This document shows positions 54,647 to 64,000 of a DNA stretch of 64,000 nucleotides, in pieces (within the stretch, counting starts at the first letter, position 1; each line of letters begins with the position of its first letter). A program made the translations under genes and the position numbers. The DNA comes from Seison nebaliae (Eukaryota): contig JALJEE010000763.1 of the NCBI GenBank assembly GCA_023231475.1, positions 1 to 64,000 on the forward strand, written 5' to 3'. The notes beneath the pieces were generated by a model, which saw only the letters and a program-made list of their open reading frames with translations, searched no databases and had not been told where the DNA came from.

Positions 54647-56119
54647 TCAGACATATGATAATTTTGGAAATAGGGTCAATGAAAAAGACAAAGATATTTG
54701 TTGCAGGATTAGAATTAGAACATTTCTTATTGTTTCGTTAAGACGTCCATTAGAATTGCCATCGATTGATATTCCTCGACAGTTCGACTCCAAAATAGTT
54801 GATCATCTTTAAAAAAATATTTAAAAGAGTTTTAAAAAATGAAATTAAACTTGACAAATTGAATGAAGTTAGAAAATTATGAAGAAATGATTGTTCGATT
54901 GGACAATCAATAAGGAAACTCATAAAAATATGTTTCCCATTGTAAATTTGTTTGGAGAATTCTAATTGGCATTCCGTCAAATGCGTCGGCGCCACGTTCA
55001 ATCTTTTCACTTGTTGTAGTTGTAATTGATTTAATTCTTTCCCGTCGATCATCGAATGATAATGGGAAATGATTTTATAAGCGATGCAATCAGCATCTTG
55101 AGCATTGTGGTAAATGAGAACTATCAGACCCTAAAATAAAAGAAACATAATAAAAATTGAAATAATGAAAAGAAAAACGATTAACATTTGTGAAAATGGG
55201 TTCTGGATAAACAAAAGGAATTAATTGACTGATATTAGTACTGGTAAACCGAATCGCCTGTAATTCGTCTGGTATCTCATCACATTTGTTAGTCAAACGT
55301 TCTGCCTATCAATCGGAAAAATCATCGGAAATTCGATAAAGAAATAAATGCAAAATTAAGAACTTCGGTGGCAAAAGAATGTTGTCCTTCTTCTGGTGTA
55401 AAATTATGAATTTGATTGAAAAGATTATGAAATGGGTCAATATCTGTCTTCTGTAAAATTTCTGATTTTCATTTTAAATGTAATTTTAGTAAATGGAAAA
55501 AAACCATCATATCCATCGAAATTCATTGTGAGACATTGAAATTTGATGTTATTACTCGATTCGATAATCGGTTTGGTGGTGCAAAGTAAATTGATTTGAC
55601 TATCTGAACAGTCTCTTGTTCTCAGTTGTTGGGTGGCAGCATAAAATTGACAATTATGACAATTACGAATAAATAGACTTCCTCGAACAGCAGCCAAAAC
55701 AATGATACAATTTGAACAATGATCAATTGTCATTTGTTGGACATCCTTCAGAATAAATATTCTGCTATTCTATTAGAAGAGATGAATATTTTCAAAAAAT
55801 TTTTCAAATTGAAATTAATAACTCTACAATCGATAATAGACAAAGGAGCAATCTCTTCTGATTTCAAACGAATAACAACATCATTCTCAATATTTTTCAT
55901 TAAATAGTCATCTGTACCAGTCGTATTGTTTTTATCCCTAAATCATAAAATTATTTTATAAGAACCATTCGAAGTGCTTATGAACCATGAATAAGTCGGT
56001 TTCTCTGTTGAAACAGCAATTTCGTGATTATTATTATTAGCATTGTCAGACGATTGGAAAATATAGAGATCTTGCCTCATTCTGCAACATGGCAGATGAC
56101 TTTTAAGAAAATTCCACAT
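54647..56119 (-). CDS. RP2: Protein XRP2 (ARL3 GAP; TBCC-like beta-helix plus NDPK-like domain), about 7 exons; 3' end approximate
   Basis: Spliced product reads KPTYSW/DK...DYLMKNI...IIDCR/NSRIFIL...MTIDHCSNCIIVLAAVRGSLFIRNCHNC...QQLRTRDC...CTTKPIIESS...DPFHNLFNQIHNFTP. The YSWD N-terminal motif and C-terminal extension fit RP2 rather than TBCC. Confidence 0.87.
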
Positions 56120-56990
56120 GCTTCTAAATTTATTTTCTCAACAATCGATTGGTAGTCATGGTAATATGATTAGTCATCTTAACAATCCAAAGAAGTTATA
56201 ACAACAGTTAATTTAATACAAATTCAAATGTTCAGCTCCTATGGAAATAGTTCGCAATAATTCAAATCGATTGTTTTCATATGATACAATCTTCTTAACT
56301 TATTTTACTAATTGAATAATATTATAAATTCAGTAAATATTTTTTTGTTAAATGAGAAAAATATAGTTCAGAGTTTTATTTTTGTCAATCAGTCAATTCT
56401 TTATTTAAGTCATTTTGGTTTGCTCATTTTTTATATCATTTGACAAACTAATTTAGTATATTCTATAGTAGTCTAATTATTTTGTCTCCTCTATCGAATT
56501 GTTTGTATAATATTTAGATCGTGTTAAATAGTAATATGTGCAATCGGAATGGTAATGCAAATCATTCAATGAAACAGAAAATACTAATATAGAAATCTAG
56601 ATTGTTAAGTTATATAGAACATATTAAAAAACAAAGTTCAATAAAAAAAATGGTATAAATGTTTCTGTTGGACGGATTATTACAGAATTTATATCAAACA
56701 GAATAGTCAAATAGGTGGGAACGTGCAATTTGAGTAAGGAAATAAAAAGTAGTTGGATATTTTCATGAATCGAACGGTGTCTTTGGTAAAGACCATGCAC
56801 GTATATCAAAGAGCGGATTTTCTTAAAAACCAGATATATATCTGATATTTCTTTCAAATTTTTTTTATAAATATAGAAAAGGAGAAAAAGAGAATATTTG
56901 AACTTATCATTCATTTTGTTAATTCTTTCATTCATCAAAATTCTTTGTTGGGAGGAGAGTAAGTTCCATTATTCATAGCGATTATTCATC

Positions 56991-59237
56991 ATGACAACCA
57001 TTACGTTGAATTACGTCCAATGTTATCCAAGTGAATCCATTCAGGCATTCCCTGTCTCGTCGGTGACTTGTCCAAGAAATCAAATTATAAAGAAGATCGA
57101 TCATATATTGGAGGAAAGTAAAATATTTGGGGTGTGCGATGGATTTTTCGTATTCTTTTATGGTGCACATGTCAATTTCATTCGTCATGATGATTCGATA
57201 AGTTTCGGGAAGAAGATTTTGATTAATTTAGGGAAGAATGATCCCTTGACGGAATATCTTATTAAATTGTTCCTTCATAAATATGTTTTGGTGAAACCAT
57301 ATTGCACATTGGAACGAGGAAAATGGACATTTAATGAATCGATTTATTTCGTGAGAGAAACTCCTGCTCCACGTCACCTCAGCCATTTGGGAACTCTTCG
57401 AAATTTAAATGGAAATACGATGAATTCAGCGTGTGAAGGAATGTTCCGTCACGTTGTCACTCAACCCGATCAATATTACATTAATTATGATCGTTGTTGT
57501 CGAGCTGTATTCTCAATGAATTCCATCGTTCGAATGTTGGATGATCTACAACCGGAAAATTATTATGAAATGTTAAAAAATTTCATAGGTCTTAAAATAC
57601 GAAAAATCTTAAATGGTATCCCTCGACGTACATATCGAGTGAAAGATGTTACTATGGTCACTTCGGAAAGTTTACGTTTCCGTAAAAATCAAACTGTCGT
57701 CTCCGTGCATGAATATTATCAGAAACGTTATGGCATAACTACTAATGGTAGTTATCCATGTTTTCGTGTGGGTTGTATGGAAAATCCAACATTCCTCCCA
57801 ATCGAAGTTTGTCAAGTAATTCCTGGTCAATTGAGTAGAATACGTACGACTAATTTGCATCCGCCACAACCATCACGAATAGTTTCAAATACACAATCTC
57901 AGATAGTTAATAATCCGATTTTTGTTGTGGATCAATCGCCATTGAAAGTGCAGAAATGTCTAACCGAAAATTCTACAATTCGTACGAGAAATAATACATT
58001 GTCTGTATTACATGGAGAATGGACGATGAGTCTTGATGAATTTTATCGATCAGCTGAAATTAAGACTTGGTTCATTGTTCTCATTCAACATCGAGCGACA
58101 ACAGAATGTCTCCATAAAATTGAGAAGTTCATCATGTTCATTATTGATCATGCGAAACGATTAGGGATGACTTTAAGTCCATTCCCTCAAGTCATTGAAT
58201 ATGAGAGTTTGGAGAGTTTCAAAGAAATTTTCCCAGCAATTTTAGAACAGAATAAAGAAAGAAGAATTTTATTCTTATTCATCATCGCCCAACAAAACAA
58301 TTCGAAGATCTACAAAGGAATTAAAACTATTTGTTTCCCATATAAGAATATTGTCAATCAATGCATTCGAATAGATAATATCAATAGTGACAATTCTCAA
58401 AAAATTTTAAGTTTACTTATGAAAATTAATACGAAGTTTGGTGGAATACCTCATGTGGTACCTCGAATCAATCGAAATCGATTTCGAGTTTATTCCTTGT
58501 TGTTCATGGGAATTTATATCACAAAAGATCATCATTTCGGTACTCTACCACAACAGACATTATCGATCGTATTAACAACTGATATAAATTATTCAGCATA
58601 TAAATCGGTAGTAGTAAAATTTCCCATTTCTACTCATTTAAGTTTCAAAGATAAGATGAGAAGAGTTTTCACGAAACTGTTGAAAGATTTGGAGGATTCA
58701 GGTTATCTCACTGGATTGTTCATTTTTCAAAATAAGATATTGGAGAAGAGTGAAACGAATATTGAAAAAGGACAATTCGCTTTAATCAAAAGTGTCTGCA
58801 ACTCATTGAGAATCGGGAACAAATGTACTTATATCATTTGCGATCGGTTACATAAAACGAAAATTATCAGTACTTCAGTTCCAAGATCACATTTCCGCGT
58901 TTGTATCAACAAAACTATAACAAAAGAAAACGAATTCTTTTTATATTCTCATAACGAACGAAATGCGAAACCATCACATTATATCGTTCTTGAGAATGAG
59001 ATGAATTATTCAAATGAATTACTGGAGGAATTATGTCTCGATTTATCTCATTGTTACATGCGATGTTCCAGAAGTATTTCGTTACCAGTACCTTTAGCTT
59101 ATGCGAAATTATTAGCAGAAAGAACAAAGATTCTCGATGATAAGAATGTTGCCATTCATAGTAAACCCGAATTCGAGAGTTGTGTTCCAGATGTGAAAGA
59201 AGATATTAAAGTAGAAGAAACAATGTATTTCATCTGA
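56991..59237 (+). CDS. Divergent, intronless Argonaute-family protein (PAZ-MID-PIWI), predicted non-slicing
   Basis: PAZ: RTYRV...VSVHEYYQKRYGI...YPCFRVG...FLPIEVCQVIPGQ. MID: IYKGIK...NQCI...LMKINTKFGG. PIWI: FFLYSH...KPSHYIVL...LSHCYMRCSRSISLPVPLAYA. C-terminus MYFI. Single 748-aa ORF. Confidence 0.93.
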   Translation: MTTITLNYVQCYPSESIQAFPVSSVTCPRNQIIKKIDHILEESKIFGVCDGFFVFFYGAHVNFIRHDDSISFGKKILINLGKNDPLTEYLIKLFLHKYVLVKPYCTLERGKWTFNESIYFVRETPAPRHLSHLGTLRNLNGNTMNSACEGMFRHVVTQPDQYYINYDRCCRAVFSMNSIVRMLDDLQPENYYEMLKNFIGLKIRKILNGIPRRTYRVKDVTMVTSESLRFRKNQTVVSVHEYYQKRYGITTNGSYPCFRVGCMENPTFLPIEVCQVIPGQLSRIRTTNLHPPQPSRIVSNTQSQIVNNPIFVVDQSPLKVQKCLTENSTIRTRNNTLSVLHGEWTMSLDEFYRSAEIKTWFIVLIQHRATTECLHKIEKFIMFIIDHAKRLGMTLSPFPQVIEYESLESFKEIFPAILEQNKERRILFLFIIAQQNNSKIYKGIKTICFPYKNIVNQCIRIDNINSDNSQKILSLLMKINTKFGGIPHVVPRINRNRFRVYSLLFMGIYITKDHHFGTLPQQTLSIVLTTDINYSAYKSVVVKFPISTHLSFKDKMRRVFTKLLKDLEDSGYLTGLFIFQNKILEKSETNIEKGQFALIKSVCNSLRIGNKCTYIICDRLHKTKIISTSVPRSHFRVCINKTITKENEFFLYSHNERNAKPSHYIVLENEMNYSNELLEELCLDLSHCYMRCSRSISLPVPLAYAKLLAERTKILDDKNVAIHSKPEFESCVPDVKEDIKVEETMYFI

Positions 59238-59308
59238 ATGTGATCCTCTCTCATTTATTTCTATCACACATTTTCATTTTTAAAGAAGAATTTTTTGTTC
59301 TTTCTTTT

Positions 59309-62300
59309 TCATTTTGCACTTTTTTTTTGCTTATCATTACGTAATTTTGGAGTAGTTGTTGTTGTTGGGGCTGTTTTGCTGGTGCCGTTTGATTTAGATT
59401 TGGACTTCTGTAAAGACTTTCGTTTTTTCTCTTGTTCTTTTGTTATAAAAATTTCGATTAATTTCAATAAAATCTTTTTGAAATAAACTTTTTAAGAACG
59501 GAAGTCGACGTGCATTTTGGTTACATGCATCACTACTGTCACTCATCAAATGTTTCTTCCAAGATTCTTCTCCTTTCTCCGATAAGACTTTTTGACATAG
59601 TGGACATATCATGGAATTAGTTAGATCTTTCATTCGAACACCTGTCAATTCAAATCAAAAACTTATTAGGAGAGAAGAAGAAAAAAACATTTCTTTGAAT
59701 TCGTATGACTTGACATCTCCGATTTCTTGATACTCAAAGTACAATTTCGACATGTTTCAAATTCATTCTTTTTTTCACATTCTGTTCGTCGATGTTCGCT
59801 CAACGCTGTAATTTCTGTGATTTGTTTACATTCATCACATCGCATCATCAACGGACACGCCTCATAATAATGAAGATTTAGTGACTGACTATTTAAGATT
59901 TCACCGGTTTCTCCACAGAACACACAAGTACTGATGAGAAAGTGTAAAAAAATCAACATCGAATTCATCAAACAGGAACTTGTCAAGATTGAAATCTTTA
60001 TTCGATTGACCATCAGCCGATAATTCACCAATGCTCTTCTGACGGTGTTTAGAACGAGATGTTGGTGTTTGCATGTTTGTATTGCGACCACTATACAAAC
60101 TGAGACTTTTCACACTAGTCGTATCTGCTGGAACCTTCCCGTCGATTTGGTCAAATGCGTCGAATATATATCGATATTTGACATTCTTCCGAGCTGCATC
60201 ATCATCAGATGGTAAATGCTTTTTTATCGCTTTCCTTTGTGACTCGAATCGACGATAAATATCAATTATCATTTTAGATGAAAGTTCTCGAACATCACCC
60301 GTCGTACTTTCTACAGATGATGACAATAATTTCATAGTATTATCTATTGACATACCACTACAATATTAATCAAATATAATTTCCACACGATGATATTGTA
60401 CTAAAGAAAAAACTTTTTTTCATTTCCTAAAAGGTTTGTTAAGTTCTCTAAAATTTCTATTCTCGCTTTCGCTTGCTTGCTCGGAAGGTTGCTCTTGATA
60501 GGTTGTGTACATAATGATGGTACATAGCCTAAACTCTAAAGATAATGATGTAATTTGAAATTATTTAAAAATATAATTTAACTTGGACTTCTGGTAATAC
60601 GGTGAAATCTGAGATGAATTGCATGGAACAATTTCTAATCTTTTTATTCTAAAAAAAAAGAAGAAATAAAAAATTTGATTTAAATAGAAAATTAACATTA
60701 TTTCCTGAGTGATATAAAACTGATGGGAAAATTTTGTCAATTACGTTCATCTTTTCACTTTTATCGATTCTAAGATGGGATTAGTAATTAGATTAAGAAA
60801 ATAAAAACTTGAATTTCTTTGAAAAAGTTTTGTACAAATATTTCACCAATTTCAACGAACCATCAATAATCTGATGGAAAAAGAATATATAAAAGTATTT
60901 TCCATATTAAGAATATTCTTATAGAAAGCTAACGCTGTACACGTTATCTTTTAACGATTTAGCTAGAACCAAACCAGTTGCTCGAAACATCTCCTTTGCT
61001 GCTTCTTCGTTCTTATCGAACTCCATTACTTGCTTTGTTACGGCTTCAATGGACTCTTCTCGTTTCGTATGAAGTTTGGAATAAAGATGTAGTATCTACA
61101 AGAAATGAGATATTGAAAAAAATCAATTTTAATGTTTATTCGATTTTTGGTGTGGAATGTTAACGACAGGACGAGGAAATATTTCCATCATCGGAGAGGC
61201 TTCTCTGATCTCCTTCTCAGATAATTCGTTATCGTTAATCGATGAATCATCATTATTATTGTTATTATTGCCATTTTCATAATTCGTTAAACGTTCTTGT
61301 TCATATTCATTCAAATCTGTCATACTTTGTTGTCCATTCTCCTTCTTCAATAGTGCTGGAATAATGCGATCTTCATATCGTAAAGTTCCTCTGGAAATTT
61401 CGAATAAAAATAAGAAAAGAAATGGAAAAATGTGTGTGGTTTTCAAAATTAACTCTGGAATATTTCTAGAACTTTGTAATTGTTTTTCTTCACTTGAATT
61501 CTCTTTCTCCTCATCCACTTTCCTTCTCACATTATTATGTTCTCGTTGTGTAACGAAGAAACCGTCACTATCATCTAACTGCTTATCATATGAATTTATT
61601 AGACTAATTTCATCATTTCCAGACGTTCTCATTGGCATTTCTGTTTCATTGTTATTGTTTAAAGTATTTTTCATACGCATCATCAGAGTATGTGGCAATT
61701 CAACTAAATCGTGATATTGTAACTGTTCATAAGTAAGTGCACGATATTGATCTGCCTGCGTCTTTTTCATGAGAGCTTTATCGAAATCTTCTTTTTCAAT
61801 AGCTCTCTTCTTTTCGATTTCATATCGACTTAATCTTTCCCCAATCTGTTGCAATTCATTAATGGCTTTCTTTATTTTTTTTGCAAGAAAATAATTTTCT
61901 TTCGAAACAGCTTCTTTCTTCCTTAGATCGAGTGCACGAATAATTTCTGCGACTTCTGGATCTTGGTACATATCGAATGCCAAATCGTTCAGATCATAAT
62001 TGAAATCGGCTGTTGACTGTTCATAATTAATTGATTTAGTTAAGAAATTATCATCGATAATTGTGGAGGTTGAAGCCAAAGTGGAATTCATATAGTCGCC
62101 TAAAATCGAAATAGCCACCACTCCTACCTGATTGTATACATTGTAACGATTTGAATAGTTTTTATGGATAACTAATTTGATCATGAATCCTGTTGAATGC
62201 ATATGAATCGATTTCAGTTCTCTCGCTTCGTAATTCGTTCGTTGATTAGATGACAATTCTACATATCCCAATCGAGAATATCGTGCAGTTTTAGCCGTCT

Positions 62301-62550
62301 CAATTTGTGTCGTTGAATCACCAACGAAAACTTCGATCTTACTAGAAATCAGATACTGATGACTGAGAATTTGAATTCCATTGATAGTACATCGATCCTT
62401 CAACATCAAAATCAAAGTTTGGGGATAACTGCAAAACTTCTCCGATTGCCATCCAATAACTAACGGTCCGTGGAGGTTAAGTTCGGAGGCCGGATGATTT
62501 TCTTCTTCCGAAGTGACGTGGACAACCTCGAAAGGAACTTTTGTTAGCAT
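59309..62550 (-). CDS. CEP104: Centrosomal/ciliary-tip protein CEP104, about 11 exons
   Basis: N-terminal jelly-roll domain (GWQSEKFCSYPQ...ILSHQYLISSKIE...LGYVELSSNQRTNYEARELKS), coiled coil (DLAFDMYQDPEVAEIIRALD), TOG-like helical exons and a C2HC zinc-finger array (CVFC...HYYEACP..CDEC...HRRTEC...CPLC). Ten short introns inferred. Confidence 0.93.
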
Positions 62551-63602
62551 TGGGAGTGGCACAATTGAAATTAGAGAAGTGAAGTATTTATCGGAATATA
62601 CATTGAACGAATGAAATTAGGAATTGAGGACGAAGGACCATAAACAAAATTGTTGTTATCGATTTGAAATGGCCGAATATCTTCCTCTGTTGAAAATCGT
62701 AGGGCAATTTTGAAAAGAAAAGAAAAAACTAATTTTATCGAGGAGAAAATAAAATAGAAACCAGTTTGATATAGAGTGTATAAACACCAATACTTCAACT
62801 ACATATTCCAGAGTGTAGAGAGTATAACGAGTGATCTCTATTGAACATATGTATCGTGATAAACATAAACTATGTGTGTAAATGGAAAAAGAATAATAGA
62901 ATTCGTTGCTAAGCAATCATAATATTATTCGATGTTTGAGTTCATGTAAGTTCACTCTTTTACTAGCATATACATATATAACCCATTTCCCATTTACCAG
63001 CAGTGAGATCAACTAATTACTTCGAAAACTTCACTATAAATGACAAATTTAATTTTACAATTTATTGCATATTCGCTTGTTTGGAAATTTTAAAAGTTTC
63101 TTCCATTCCTGCCTCCTTTCTCTACAGTCCTCTTAATTCCTACCCTCCCAGAAAATTTGTGTAAGAACCTTTTACCCTCATTTTTCTTTATAAAGATGTT
63201 ACTAATAAATAGAACGACGGAAATTAGATGTAAATTACAATTTCTTCATATAATGATTTCATAAGGAATGAATGTGGCTATTATTGAACGAATTGAGGTG
63301 AAGAAGAAAATAATGATGAAATGTGAAAACATAAATTAGAATAATAAAATATTCCTGAATAATGTTATATTTATTCTTAATCTCCGGAATGAAAATAAGA
63401 ATTATGAATGAAATTTATTATTGATCTGACAAATTGAGCAGAAATTAAAGTTTTTACAAAGAGAGGAAGTTTAATCGTCGTTTAACAAGAATGAGAATTT
63501 AAGAAAAAATAAGTGAAGGTGGAAATATTGGAGTCTCTGTAAATGAATATCGATCCAATATCAGTAGACATCATTAGAAAATTTTGTTATTTGAATGACG
63601 AT

Positions 63603-64000
63603 TTAGTGTTTATGATTATAAGACAGAATAAGTGGGAGAGCGATACCGATTAGAAAACAGAAAATTTCACTTTTACTCAATCTCTGATGTGAATGACAAC
63701 CATTGGAGATTTGTTGTGGGTCATTATTTGTCAGTTGTACTTCTACATCCAAAGTGTTCGATGTTGAATTCGATGTTTGTTGTTGTTGATTCAATTCGGG
63801 AAGAACATGTACAGTCGCTACATAGAGAAACGTTCCAGCACTGAATAACATAGCGATTGCTGTACGATACGATCCACTTGTTACTGACATTTGTGATGAT
63901 GGTGAGAATTGGTAGATGGTTAAAGAATAATAAGTTACAATAGCTGCAACAGGAGCAGCTAAAGAAAAAATTAAAAGATGACGTCGAATTTGTTCACGAC
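63603..64000 (-). CDS. SLC39A9: Zinc transporter ZIP9, C-terminal part (5' end outside the window)
   Basis: The frame from the window edge reads REQIRRHLLIFSLAAPVAAIVTY...TAIAMLFSAGTFLYVATVHVLPEL...LPLILSYNHKH, matching the ZIP9 C-terminus. Confidence 0.92.
   Translation of the reverse strand, partial: REQIRRHLLIFSLAAPVAAIVTYYSLTIYQFSPSSQMSVTSGSYRTAIAMLFSAGTFLYVATVHVLPELNQQQQTSNSTSNTLDVEVQLTNNDPQQISNGCHSHQRLSKSEIFCFLIGIALPLILSYNHKH

Noticed and set aside
1..64000. Prokaryotic-type systems (CRISPR array, pAgo or defence operon) or a non-standard genetic code
   Set aside because: Genes are spliced animal orthologs, no repeat-spacer array is visible, and the Argonaute is eukaryotic-type. ORF breaks are explained by short introns, not by stop-codon reassignment.

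Overview
AT-rich eukaryotic (animal) genomic DNA from a compact genome. Introns are mostly about 40-80 nt and genes are densely packed. The window holds 13 host protein-coding genes: a TALE homeobox, an ETS1/pointed-type factor, an ABCA transporter, RBBP5, APEX2, a CDK9-like kinase, a Regnase/N4BP1-type NYN RNase, DNA polymerase beta, CLIC, a two-DBD nuclear receptor, RP2, an intronless Argonaute and CEP104. It also contains the 3' end of ZIP9, the 3' end of a LINE at the left edge, and a gene-free stretch of about 15 kb upstream of the nuclear receptor. The CEACKK/CEGCKG 2DBD receptor and the atypical TALE gene suggest a spiralian such as a rotifer/gnathiferan or flatworm (inference). The strongest unexplained signal is in splicing: 48 of the 49 introns I reconstructed by hand start GTT rather than GTA/GTG, with no fixed +5G, and several end in A-rich AAG. 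This suggests a rewired 5' splice-site code. Other highlights are a divergent, apparently slicer-dead Argonaute with an intact 5'-phosphate pocket, a Pol beta with an altered sugar-gate motif (YF to HA), and very tight tail-to-tail gene pairs. All gene models and counts are manual and have not been checked against RNA data or databases.
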